This document shows, in pieces, positions 23,951 to 35,050 of a DNA stretch of 64,000 bases; within the stretch, counting starts at the first letter, position 1, and every line of letters starts with the position of its first letter. The notes under the pieces were generated by a model. The model was not told where the DNA came from. It ran no database searches and saw only the letters and a list, made by a program, of their open reading frames with translations. The translations under genes and the position numbers were made by a program. The stretch lies in assembly GCA_000091205.1 (NCBI GenBank), contig AP006493.2, one strand, 5' to 3'. Source of the DNA: Cyanidioschyzon merolae (taxonomy: Eukaryota).

Positions 23951-24556
23951 ATGCGTGGCTATGTTCACTGCATAGCACGGCACTGTGCAAGCAAATTTGC
24001 TCTACCACAAGCGACATTCGTGCACGTCTATTCTGAATACATCCGCCGATAATTTACGAGACTGACTGCGCTGGTCGTTGTCTTGGGCGCACGCGCTCCA
24101 TAGTCGTAGACTCTAACGGAACGGCATGCTCTGGCATCCGCACGATGTTCGAAGGCGCGAACGTTCAGGTGACGCGACGTTGTTTCATGGGCGTGTCTCT
24201 GGGATAGCCATGGATCGCTTCATATAGCATGACAAGTCGTTGTGTGCTGCTGCCGCGGTGCGACGGGAGAGCAGCCCCATGCAGCGCACGGCAGAGCGAA
24301 CTTCGCATGCGACTCCCCGCCGGGTCATCGGCAGCGCTGGCGCATCCAGAGGTATCTGTTGATATTCCTGGATTTTACAGGAGTAAGCGATTGACGAAAT
24401 AGAGTCTCTTCGCTGATCAATGGAAACGCTCGCGCATCCATGGGCATCTGGTCTGCTTCATCGATTCTTCATTATAGGCATGTCAGACAAGAATGGAACG
24501 GGCAGCTTTGCTGACTCGGGCGAAGAACGTAAAGTAACGGTCTCTTCCGATCGTGA

Positions 24557-25838
24557 TGAATATAGGCCTTTTGTGGGATTTCTCTGCGACGGATAACCTG
24601 TCCGTACGCTAAACCTCCAGCATAAAATATGCGAATATCTGTTCTGCCTTCATCTCCATCTTCGCAAGCAGATGAATACTGATGGCAGCGTTCGTGTCCC
24701 GATTGCGCCGCTTCCCGCCTTTGTCGACGCTATTCATGCAGAGGCGCAAGTTGCGATCCGAGCTTCGCTTGCAATTTTCACTGTCTTTCTGTGCAGCCTC
24801 CAGACGCACTTCGCAGCGTTCATACACGAATGCAGACAGATGTGCCAGCGAGTGTCCACAGCAGCTCCTCGTCTGGCGGTCGGTCTTCCTTGGATGACCG
24901 TTTGAATCATCGCTCGGTACCAGCCATTGGCGGTTGCAGGAGGCATCCTGCGATACGCTGCTCCAAATCCGTGTCCGGTGCGGTGCACGACCAGTGAGGG
25001 TTGCTTCCGACTGGTCTAACCCCGATAAGCACACCGCTCCATTCCACAGAGGATATATGGAACGCCTCGTGCTCCACGGGGAAACGTGCAGCTGGAGCGA
25101 AATCTACGACGGAGAACACTTGGAGAGATTTCGCTTCGCCTCACTCATTCTTGTACAAACCGGTGATGCAGTTTTCACTCGAAGGAATCTCTGCGATGAC
25201 TGAAGACAGAGCCCAGCACTCTTGTCCATGCGAATACAAGCGACGGGAGCCTCTGCGAGCTAATGACGTGAGAGCTACGAGTGTACTGTCGAATTACGAA
25301 CCCTCGTCGACGGCTGCAAAGCCTGGAGCATACGTCGTTCGAGCGGAATCGAGCATCGGACGTGAAGAGTTCAGTGTGGCTTCCGCACACGCTCGGGAAC
25401 AAATCGTCAACGCGCGACATCGCGTACGTTACCTCAGCAGTCCAGCAGCGCGAATAGCTGCGCCCCAGTCCACTCTTGCATCCGAAAAATCGAACACATG
25501 AACCGTGCGCGATGTGCGGACACCTCGCCAACGGAAAGCAGAAGCGTCGAGGCTCGTACCTCTGAGTCACGTAATGATCTCACTTGTTGTACGAACCGTT
25601 GTTTGAGTGCGTCTCGTACGCCTTTGATTCCGATACCGTTGCGAGTTCCAGCGCCGATGCGTCGAAAGAGCCACGCTGATCAAGAGACACCCGAGAATCC
25701 CAAAACGAATCATGAAACCGGAATCCATGAATCCCGCACACGCAACGTCGAATCTATACACCTATGAAAATGGTTCGGAAAATACATCGAAGTCGAGGAA
25801 GAATGGAAGCGGTTCAGTGTTCCATGTTGATTCAACAC
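24557..25838. repeat. Dispersed ~1.28-kb repeat, copy 1. It is ~98-99% identical to the copy at 39386..40667, in direct orientation.
   Basis: The two copies sit at a constant offset of 14,829 bp with no indels. The ORFs 24672..24905, 25001..25501 and 25498..25767 are near-identical to 39501..39734, 39830..40330 and 40327..40596. The flanks diverge. Confidence 0.9.
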
Positions 25839-25930
25839 TTGTATACAAGACCTGAACTGGATCTGAGGTCTTGGACAATCGCTAGGGCTCATCGCCTCGC
25901 CGCGGCCGACGACCGTGCTTCATCCCGCAG

Positions 25931-27073
25931 TTGCTTCTTCTCCTTCGGGAGAGAGGCTTGCCTTCACCGCACAAGTGGCACGTTCTATTTTCGCAGCGCT
26001 CCGCTTGGATCAAGTGCATCGATTTTTCTGTGAGTGTAACGCTCACGTTCATGGCCGGTTTCGTGTACCGCTCACCTGGTGGCGTCGTGGCGTTCGTAAA
26101 CCTCCCAGGGCGAACAGGCGCCGTCGTTCGACCTGTGCCGCGTTGGGGGCTCGCTTCTCGTAGCGCACCCTTTCCACGTGTGCGACTACGATACGCATGC
26201 CACGACACGAGACGCCGAAGACAAGTTCTAGCAGCGACGGAACTGCTGCCCCGCGACAAGGTTCTCAAGACGTTGCAAACCGTTCAAGTTGCCGAGGAGG
26301 TCGCGGTGCGGCTCGTAGACTTGGCGATAAAGGCCACGAAGAACTATCAGGTTGTCGCCACTGACTTCTTTTTGCGTCCAAACGAGCTCCATGGTATGAA
26401 ACAAGCGTTGGAAAGTCTCGCATTTGTAGGTGTGACCTCGTCTGGCGGCTATGCAGCAGCAGAGCGGCAAATTGCAGCTTTTTATCCCAAGGATTTCGCG
26501 CCAACACCTGAACAAGAACAGCAAGTAGCAACTACGCACTGCGAAAGTCAGCTACTGGCTCTTGAACTCGCCGGAAACTTCATTTTCGATCGAGCGAGCC
26601 ACAGCGACTTTCTCGGTGCCCTGATAGGATGCTCTGGACTTCGCCGAGAGCGCTTCGGTGACATCATCATTCTTGGCGATCGAGGTGCCCAGGTGGTAGT
26701 CCTCAAGAATGATGCCGAAACCATCCGGAGCTCCGTCAAGATGGTGCGGTCTGTAACGGTTCGTACTCGGCAACTGGGAAGCCTTGCGGAGCTAGAGGTG
26801 CAACCACCGCGAACCAAGACGCTTACGAGTGTGGAGGCCTCGCTGCGTCTGGATGCAGTTGGAAGTGCGGGCTTTGGAATGAGCCGCACGAAGATGGTAG
26901 AAATGATCAAAAACGGGGATGTGCACGTGAACTGGGTCCCTGTCAAGTCTGCGTCCCGGAATGTCGCTGAAGGTGACACGATCACCGCACGAGGGCGTGG
27001 TCGCCTACAAGTCATCTCCATTGCCATTACCTCACGAGGTCGCTTCCGTGTGGAATTAAAACGCTACATATGA
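25931..27073 (+). CDS. S4 RNA-binding domain protein, YlmH-like (plastid/cyanobacterial type). The N-terminal part of the ORF may be a transit peptide, or the true start may be internal.
   Basis: The C-terminal S4 domain reads MSRTKMVEMIKNGDVHVNWVPVKSASRNVAEGDTITARGRGRLQVISI. It is preceded by a YlmH-like region (FFLRPNELHGMKQALESLAFVGVTSSGGYAAAERQIAAFYP). Confidence 0.7.
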   Translation: MLLLLRERGLPSPHKWHVLFSQRSAWIKCIDFSVSVTLTFMAGFVYRSPGGVVAFVNLPGRTGAVVRPVPRWGLASRSAPFPRVRLRYACHDTRRRRQVLAATELLPRDKVLKTLQTVQVAEEVAVRLVDLAIKATKNYQVVATDFFLRPNELHGMKQALESLAFVGVTSSGGYAAAERQIAAFYPKDFAPTPEQEQQVATTHCESQLLALELAGNFIFDRASHSDFLGALIGCSGLRRERFGDIIILGDRGAQVVVLKNDAETIRSSVKMVRSVTVRTRQLGSLAELEVQPPRTKTLTSVEASLRLDAVGSAGFGMSRTKMVEMIKNGDVHVNWVPVKSASRNVAEGDTITARGRGRLQVISIAITSRGRFRVELKRYI

Positions 27074-27806
27074 GTCGCAGAGACCGATGAAGCCCAAGCG
27101 AATGATGCTGCGCGTTCGATGTCATCAGGTGCTGGTTTAGCAAATGCGCAAACTCCAGTGGATACCGTTGTCTTTCACATTCATGACTACCGTTGGTACA
27201 TGCTCTTGTTTCTGTGTTTGCACCTTCGACGGGAAAGCCGCGGAGGCATCACGGAGCTATCAGGCTGGCATGGAGAGATTCTTGTCTCTTTGCCAGACAC
27301 TGGAAGCGAGTGCGAGCTTTCGCTGGACCCATGATTAACGCGCTGCACCGTGTGGTGCGGTCACCGACGCGTCACCTGAGCAGCGCTTTCGGGTACGGGA
27401 GCGTCTCTGCAGACCGCGCTCCACACGCCGCACCGCAGCCGAGTTCCCGGTACGTAACGCGCAAGACTCGGCGCGTCACGCGAAACCAGCCACGTCATAT
27501 GAACATGGCGCATGCTGGCACTTACCAGCATTGGAGTTTCCGAATCATGTACTTTGTGCTGAGACGCAGTCTCTTTCATTGCGAGCACCCTGCCCTGAAC
27601 TGCTACTCACTGTTATCGACAGGCTGCGGCAAGCAGAGGCCTGCACCATGGCTGCTGCGATCGCCGGATGGGCGCTTTTATTCAGGTTGCTGTACTTGCG
27701 TTTGTGGACAAAAGATCTGTACTTTCTTATGAGCTGGTAGCGTACAAAAGGTCCTGTTTTTCAGATATACGGCAAACGTTCTACGAGCAAGTCTGTACCG
27801 CCACCG

Positions 27807-29441
27807 TTGCCCAGTTGTGTGCTGTTGAAACGCATCGCTCAGTGTAAAGGGGTCGTTTATGAGCGAGACACGAACGTTGCCCGCACGATGAACGTACCGG
27901 CGTTTGCCTGGAGTACCTTGCTTCCACCGGAACCAGAGGTTGACCCCCAGCTCTACGATGACTTGGTATCTATATGGTGTCAGGCGCTCGTAGAGGCGAG
28001 TCTAGTTCCAGAATGCGAGCTCGTTGCAAGTGCATCAGCGCTCTTTCGACGAGTCGCGTCTCGGAGCAGCGACGCAGGAGGGAACTCCAGACGACCCGCG
28101 CCTGCGTGTGCACCACAGATTCTTTCAGCACTGGTTTCCAAGGGCAAGTGCTTTTTTATGCCGAGAACGTGGCCTGAGGACGTACTGCGCACTGCGCTTG
28201 CGGGGGGTCCACTCTTTGAGCCACCCGTGCAGCTCGGAGAGGCGCCAGCGAACGCGCTCAATGCCCGTCAGCCTGCCGCTGGGCGTTTCAGCGGAGTACC
28301 CCGTTTATGGCGTCGACTGCGAACCAGGAAACAGGATGCTCTTGTTCAAGCGTTTCCCACGGCATCCATCGAGCCCGAGCAAATGTTATCGGAAACATAT
28401 CGCATCGTCATGGTAGACGCATTGGCGTCTCGATGCAAAGACGTTTGTGCCCGCCTCGAAGAGGATCGAGAACGAAATCCGCGAGGACTCTATATTCTGG
28501 ATGAGTTTTGCGACCGGTTCTGCGGCAGATTCGTAGAGGATGCTCTGGCCGTGCTCATCGCGCTATCGGTTCAGGGATCGGGGCGACTCTGTGCAGTGCG
28601 GTACGCCACCGATCCACCGGTTATCGGGTTCCAGTATCGTGCAAGGTCGATCTCCGAGACAGATCGCAGCATTTTGGCCCTTGATGCAGTGCGTTCGAAG
28701 CTAGCCAAGCGCTCTAATGCCTGGAAACGAGTTGCTGTAGAGAGCGAGGCCCAGGCGCGAGATATTTTGGCGGGGTTCCGCGGTCGACTGACAGCGAACG
28801 CTATAGGCGACGGTGCCGCTGGGCACGTAATCGTTACCCGCTCGCTGGCGCATGCACGTGAGCGAGCGGCGCCTCATGTGCGACGTAAGCTCCTCGCAGA
28901 GCATCGCATACGACAACTACAAGCCGCAATAGAGCAATTGGAACGAACGATCTGGGCCATGGAGCAGGCACAGGATAACGCGAACGTCAGTCGCGCGTTG
29001 GGCCATGGCGTGCGTCACGTGAAATCCATCCAAGAGCGGGACACTTCGGTGGATACGCTCTCGGGAACGCTGGACGATTTGGCGGAGGTTTTGGAAACCA
29101 ACGCTGACTTTACGCAGGCTGTATTGGATGAAGCGCAGCTCGAAGGCCTTGACAGAGACAATGACGATGAGCTCGACAAACAGCTAGCGCATCTACTGGA
29201 CGCATCTGGTGAAACTCGGGTATCCGAGCAGAAACAGCTGAAAGAGGTAGGCACTCGGAGTCTTTCCATGCGATGTGCTGCTCGGGAAGCGCCTGCGGGA
29301 GCTGACGCTCGACCGCCTCTCGAGAAGATGCGATCGACCGGGCCAGAATCACCGCGACGTGAATTGCGTCCAACAATGACAGAGGATGAACAAGTCGAGG
29401 ATCTGGAAGGCACGCTTCGAAGTGTAGATCTCTCTCAATAA
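27807..29441 (+). CDS. Hypothetical 544-aa protein with a coiled-coil, acidic C-terminal half and no domain I recognise.
   Basis: The frame is long, uninterrupted and non-repetitive. A coiled-coil-like stretch (LLAEHRIRQLQAAIEQLERTIWAMEQAQ) is present. No family assignment. Confidence 0.5.
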   Translation: MPSCVLLKRIAQCKGVVYERDTNVARTMNVPAFAWSTLLPPEPEVDPQLYDDLVSIWCQALVEASLVPECELVASASALFRRVASRSSDAGGNSRRPAPACAPQILSALVSKGKCFFMPRTWPEDVLRTALAGGPLFEPPVQLGEAPANALNARQPAAGRFSGVPRLWRRLRTRKQDALVQAFPTASIEPEQMLSETYRIVMVDALASRCKDVCARLEEDRERNPRGLYILDEFCDRFCGRFVEDALAVLIALSVQGSGRLCAVRYATDPPVIGFQYRARSISETDRSILALDAVRSKLAKRSNAWKRVAVESEAQARDILAGFRGRLTANAIGDGAAGHVIVTRSLAHARERAAPHVRRKLLAEHRIRQLQAAIEQLERTIWAMEQAQDNANVSRALGHGVRHVKSIQERDTSVDTLSGTLDDLAEVLETNADFTQAVLDEAQLEGLDRDNDDELDKQLAHLLDASGETRVSEQKQLKEVGTRSLSMRCAAREAPAGADARPPLEKMRSTGPESPRRELRPTMTEDEQVEDLEGTLRSVDLSQ

Positions 29442-30510
29442 ACGCGTTGTCGGTGGACATGCCGCACCGGACGCTCGGGCTGGCACCGATGGTGATCGGC
29501 GAAGCGCACCTGCTCATCGACGATGTCGAGATATATGTTGAGTGAATGCGCTACCCGGAACGAAAGAGCAGGAACATAGAGGCTGTGCTCTGGGTTACAC
29601 TACGCGAGCGGCAAGCGCGAATGGGTCTCTCTGGCGTCATTGATCCTGGAAAAGTTGAACGTTTACAGCGGTATTCCGAGATTCATCCTGACCAGAGTTT
29701 GTCTCGCTTCAACTGCGAGTTATTTTCGCGCGGTTGTTTCGAAATAGGAGGTTCGCGTGCATGCACCTATGTCCTTCACGATGCACTCGAAATGGCCCAG
29801 CGGATCGATCACTCGAACCAATTGCTCTGCATTCCGATACATATACCCTTTACAGCACATACCTGAGATGGAATGCTAGGTACTGGAAGCCGTGCGGAGG
29901 CATCCGACGCACCTGCCCTGTAAACTTATGTCCATCACCGAGATTTCGTTCTCCCAAATCGGATTCCGGTCGGTTATGTGCTTGGATCTGTCGTCAGGGA
30001 CGGCAATCTCGGCTCGTGCTCTGCGGCAGAACGTGCACGAAGGGGTCTGCCGAAAGCAGCCCACTCGCGATGAACGAAGCACACGTCCATACATTCGAAG
30101 CGTGCGTTCAAGTGAACGTTGCATCGTAGCGCCATCGTCCCGCTGGTGTCTACATGAGCGCACCTTGCACACGCGTTTGCAACCTGCAAAGCGTGCCAGC
30201 AGTTCCCGGTATCGCCCGGAAAGCTACCGCACACGCGCGCCTTCTCACCGCATATGAAGCGTGGCGCCCTTGCGAGGCATCGGGGCGAGGTCCAGAAGCG
30301 TCGCCAGGATCCGGGTGCGCCTCGCGTTCGCGGGCCATCCGTCGTAGCTTCGAGTCGACTCCGGCCAACTACCTGCGTATGGTAGCAGGTCTGATGTGAG
30401 CTTGCCCGTCGTAGACCTCTTCTTCGTTCAATTTTCTGTGAAACATCAGATAACAGGCTGTTTTTTTCGTGCTCCCGGTTTCGAAATAATCGAACACCAT
30501 AGCTCGTTAT

Positions 30511-31623
30511 CTAGGCATACTCGATCCGCCATACGCCTAGAAAATACCGTACTCTCATCCGCAAAATATCTAGCGCCATATTGACGATCGCCCGCACCAC
30601 ACGCACTTTGCTCCCGGGAATTTCGGTCCAGTTGACCCCAACTTCAGCGATCGGTATCCGCAGGCGTTGCGCGAGATACAGCAGCTCAACATCGAATGCC
30701 CATCGTTTCAGGTGCTGTGTCAGAAAAAGCGTTCGCGCTGACTCTCTCGCAAACAATTTAAACCCACATTGCGTGTCACGAATATCGTGAACCCCGCCCA
30801 AGTACTTGACGAGCAAGTTAAAGCCCTTGCCGAGCAGTTTCCGACGCCAGTCGCGCAACGCATGGATCTGGGGCACCGATCCACCACCAGCGCTCGACTC
30901 CGCACGTTCACTGGAGGATGCGTTGCTTGCGCCCAGTGGCGACACATATCGACTACCGACGACGACCGCGCCGAGCTCGTGATCCCAGTCGGCAATGTCG
31001 TGCATCTTCCGTTCCAGGTATTCGAAATCCCTGAAACGCGTTGCACCGTCCGCATCCGCCATCAAGAGCAGTTTCCCACGCGCAACCAGCATGCCCTCTT
31101 TCACTGCAGCGCCCTTGCCCGAGTTCTGTGGAAGGACAAGGACACGCACTTTATCGCTTCCGTATCGATCAGTGAACCGGTGTGCGAGGCGAACCGTCGC
31201 GTCCCTGCTACCATCATCGACGATGATCAGCTCATAGGTGAAGGGATCAGGGCTGTAGCCAGTGGTGTCCGTGGACCGCCTCTCCAGGTACTGCAGGGCC
31301 TCCTGCAGCGTGTGCTCCAGACGCGCTTCCTCGTTATACGCTGGTATAATCACGCTCAGGTACACTGAGGCAGGTTCGAAGATCGTCGGAAAAGACGATT
31401 TTTTCTCTTTTCCCGCCTTGGGATCGTAGAAAAACTTTCCAGAACCGCGTGCGGCTCGTGCCGCTGTTTTGAAGCGAATCGCTGCTCTGGACAGCGGCCG
31501 CGGCCGTAGCGCCGTTGCGAGAAGGCCCCAGCCCACCGCAACCATGACCGCAGCAACCACCACAGAGAAAAAAGTCATCGGCGGGAACGGCGTCCACGAC
31601 CATATCACGCTGACGTGAAGCAT
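30511..31623 (-). CDS. ALG5: Dolichyl-phosphate beta-glucosyltransferase (ALG5), a GT2-family enzyme.
   Basis: ALG5 hallmarks are present after an N-terminal TM segment: SVIIPAYNEE, ELIIVDDGSRDAT, LPQNSGKGAAVKEGM and LMADADGATRFRDFEYLE. Confidence 0.88.
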   Translation of the reverse strand: MLHVSVIWSWTPFPPMTFFSVVVAAVMVAVGWGLLATALRPRPLSRAAIRFKTAARAARGSGKFFYDPKAGKEKKSSFPTIFEPASVYLSVIIPAYNEEARLEHTLQEALQYLERRSTDTTGYSPDPFTYELIIVDDGSRDATVRLAHRFTDRYGSDKVRVLVLPQNSGKGAAVKEGMLVARGKLLLMADADGATRFRDFEYLERKMHDIADWDHELGAVVVGSRYVSPLGASNASSSERAESSAGGGSVPQIHALRDWRRKLLGKGFNLLVKYLGGVHDIRDTQCGFKLFARESARTLFLTQHLKRWAFDVELLYLAQRLRIPIAEVGVNWTEIPGSKVRVVRAIVNMALDILRMRVRYFLGVWRIEYA

Positions 31624-32599
31624 AGCGAAAAGAGCGCACCCGGAACGCTCAACAGCACCACGCCCACTCCACCACGTCTCGCGCTGTGTCCAGTCGGAAG
31701 GTGCTTATTCTGGCAGATGCCGCGGATTTCAGCACTGCTGATCTCTGGCGAGGCGGGAGTAACGCGCGCGCTGTTGCCAGCTGCCGCCAGCAGCACCATC
31801 GAGGCGCGATCTTTCAGTGTATGCCCGGCGATTGACAAACGCCGCGCCGTTTTCTTTCGATGACAAAACGTTTAGTTGGACCATGGATCCCTGATTGCGG
31901 GGTGGATAATTGTTTTCGGGAACTCGTCGACCACGATGCACCCTACATTCAATTTCCATTACTTGTATTTCCTTTTTCCGATGTATTCGTGGTTTTGTAG
32001 GTTGTATTGTTCCAAGAGTGTCTGCTTTGAGCAGCAGCGATGGCAGCTATACCGTTGGTGCGGATGCAGCACGGAGACAGAACGGCGTTGCCATACCACT
32101 GCGGGCGTCGGCTCGAGGCGTGGTTTAATCGACACGGGGTCGGAGTACATGACAAGTCTGGGAGCCAGGAAGCTGCACATACAGGCGTGCTATCTGCGGG
32201 TGCGCGAAGCGATTTGCTGGGAGATAACTGCAGCATGGGCTGCGCCCGGACGCAGCCTAACTGCTCCGAGTCCCAGAATAAACAGCATTGCGGATGCGTT
32301 GCTCAGATATCACTACAATGCCTGCCACTGGGGGAAGCATGAAGCATTAGTCTGGGAGACTCGTCCGGCACGCTGGACCTTACTCTATTACGGAAACTTT
32401 TCCCCTTTTAACGTTGATCGTAGCGAAGAAAAGAAATTTTTATATCATTGCTTGGTAATGGTGGGTCTCTGCTCTTTGTTCTATGTAGCGCGCTCGATAC
32501 GCGCATCTCCATATCTGGCAGGTATGGAACACGACGTGCATCTCGCTGCTAAAAGAGGAACGAGATCCTGACCGTTCGTGTGTAGCTCTAGCTTCCAAG

Positions 32600-35050
32600 T
32601 TGTACGGGGGTTCAAGTCATAGCTGATTATATTCTTTCGATTCAATTGTGTTTCAACCCTCAAGCAAGTATGTTCAAGTGATTTTCCACGGTTTGCATCG
32701 GACGCGTATGAAATGAGATCGTTTTCAAAACAAAAAAGGAAGGAAATGGGAATTGAAGCGGAGGATCCCGGAGGCGCATTGTCACCGGCTGGCGGAAAAA
32801 AAACGAAAAACAGAGCCCAACGTAGAGACATAAGACAAGACGAAGAAGCAGAAGGCAGAGGCACGACGCCAAAGGCCGCAAGAAAGACGACAGTACGACG
32901 AGATGGTGGTGAAAGCCGGTCTTCTTAAACATACCAAGGATCCGTACAAAAAAAGTTGCAAGAGGGCATCGGAAACCGTGTCGCAACCTACTCCACCAGT
33001 GTTTTTAAGGCTTCTCCAGGAATTATGCATTTCATGAGGGAGATGTATCGCGACGTGACGGACATCAACACAGTTGAGGTTCCCGAAGAATCGTTCGACA
33101 CGACCCTTATTCGCCACCTGACGCTTAGCATAGGGGAAACGTCGAGGAGAAATGAGCGAGTAAATGACCTCCACGAATATCACGCCGAATACCGCTTCAA
33201 CGATACTCGATGCAATGGTGACGCGGATATTTACGAATACAGTGCGATGACGTACCTCACGAGTCTGGAGAACAATATGATCATGATCTTGGAACGTTTC
33301 AAGTTATGCTCCTTCTTTGCGCTGTGTCCGGGCCATTCTCGCAAAGGGATATGGAGCATCATCAATCGCGCCACGAATGATTGTAGGAATCAACAGGAGA
33401 TCGAATTCGTTGACAAGAAGGCATCACGTAGGAGTAGGAATGAAGCTTCTGTGATCCGCGCGGCCATTCAAGAGCACCGTGCGGTCTTCGGGCTGCTCAA
33501 TCCGGAAGAAAAGTTATCAGAGATGAAAAAGAGGATGTTATCCACTCATTCTACGGTATTTCGTCTACCTGAACCGAGAACTCGAACGCAAGGCGGAGAT
33601 GGAGCTGGGTATGCGGAAAAATGCAGAGTCGTAGAAACGAAAGGCTGCGCTTCTGGGGAAGCGCTTCGATTTCGTTACGATATGCAACAGCAAGTCACAT
33701 TTTGTGGCAATCAACTCCAGCGTCCTTCATGGCATCATGAGCGAGATCTGTCCGGAGTTCAATGTCAGGAAGACAGAGATCATCGGCGTAAAACCGGGAC
33801 ACGTACAGGAAGAATATCTTCGAGTTCAAACGTCTCGAAATGAGCAAGCAAAAAGTATTTACTGGGATGATCAGAACCGATGGAGTATCCATATGTGCTC
33901 AGTATCCGCGCCTGAGGACGGATCGTCCTATTGTGTCTTTGATATCGCCCTCGGCGAAGCGTGAAGAAAACAACCACGGGGATCCTGTGACGCAGGAGGT
34001 GCAGGAGAACGACTTTGTCGTTGGCGCTGACCCCGGCAACACGAATATCGTCACAATCGCAGTACCCAAGAGTGCGGAAGATGGCATTGACGGCATCTTG
34101 CGTCAGAAAAACATGCATCTTTTAAAGTTCTCGATAGCGAGATACTATCGGGAATCGGGAATAATGAAAGCGAGGAAACAAAATAAGAAATGAAATTCAG
34201 GAATGAAGGCGCACCTGGAAGCGATCAGCAAAGTGACTTGCCGTGGAGCGAGCTTTCGATCCGTCCTGGAGTTCATGGAAGCTCGCGTTGCTCGTGACGA
34301 GTAGCTTTGAAAAGAGTATACAAAGCCCAGGTGGGCTCGTCAGTGTACGAACCTGCACTCTGGGAAACAGCGCGCATTCGCCGAATTGTTCACTGAGTTG
34401 AGCGCCCTCGAGGACCACTAGAGTCAGCGGCTCGTACTAGCATACCGTGCAGGGCGCTGGGCGTCCGAAAAGGGGACATATAAGCCCCATCGACAAGAGC
34501 GTACAGGAAGTTCGCTCGCAGTTTTTTCACGATACCGATACATGAGTTCCGAATATCGTATGTGCACCACGAGCTAATGTGCACACTTCAAAGGGTCGAG
34601 ATGGAAATCTCCCAGCGGATCCCGGAGGATATAGAACAGTATGGAGCGCTGGAGGAACAGCAAATGGAAAGAAGGGCGCAAGTTCGAGGACTCCTTGCAT
34701 TGGTGAGTACAATGAACGCGAAGAAACAGATGGAGTTCGTAAACCGGGACTTGAGCGCCGCCATCAATATCAGGAGACGTACCGTGCTGGACAAGAGACC
34801 CGCGGCGCTGACGCAAGCCAACCTTGTAGGGCAGCCCCTCAAGGTCGAATCACATAAAGACAAGTTGAAACCAGCAGTAGGTGGCCGGTCCAAAACGACT
34901 GAGAGGCGTCTGCACGTGGGCGTAGGGATATCCACGCTATCGGCGTTATGTAGGTACGCATGTATGCCTGGTTTGCCGGCGGCATCGATGCTCTGGTAAT
35001 CTTCCAGGAACGCAGCTTCTAACCAAATGCCCCCTGGTGCGAACATGCCA
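32600..35050 (+). mobile_element. AT-richer ~2.4-kb island containing a degraded TnpB/Fanzor-like (OMEGA-type RuvC nuclease) element.
   Basis: Base composition is visibly lower in GC than the surrounding ~58% GC DNA. ORF fragments in all three plus-strand frames carry RuvC-I-like and RuvC-III-like motifs (see the pseudogene entry at 32956..34999). I could not discern terminal repeats. Confidence 0.5.
32956..34999 (+). pseudogene. Fragmented TnpB/Fanzor-like RNA-guided-endonuclease homolog. Pieces lie in frames 1 (32956..33843), 2 (33704..33964), 0 (33840..34193) and 2 (34562..34999), with about 290 bp of the gap (34194..34480) holding no long ORF in any frame and no zinc finger.
   Basis: Frame 0 reads [24 protein letters not shown], which fits the RuvC-I G-x-D-x-G-x-x-N...SDG motif. 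It is followed by a basic helix ([30 protein letters not shown]). Frame 2 at the 3' end reads FVNRDLSAAINIRRR, which fits the RuvC-III motif D-x-N-A-A-x-N-I. A WED-like sequence [15 protein letters not shown] lies just upstream in another frame. At least two frameshifts and stop codons are therefore needed to join the pieces. The expected CxxC...CxxC zinc finger before RuvC-III is absent. Confidence 0.5.

Noticed and set aside
24562-24600. The start of the 1.28-kb repeat (ggccttttgtgggatttc) looked a little like the U2 snRNA 5' region (cggccuuuuggcuaaga).
   Set aside because: The match does not extend to the branch-point-interacting sequence or the Sm site, so it is just a short chance similarity.
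31876-32571. A 231-codon plus-strand ORF upstream of ALG5.
   Set aside because: It spans the conserved noncoding element and has an implausible composition (Cys/Trp/Tyr-rich) with no motif, so it is likely noncoding.
34194-34480. I considered that the gap between the RuvC-I and RuvC-III fragments might be a spliceosomal intron in an intact Fanzor gene.
   Set aside because: No convincing GT...AG or branch context restores the frame, and the upstream fragments also need frameshifts. I prefer pseudogenisation, but I keep the alternative open in the finding.
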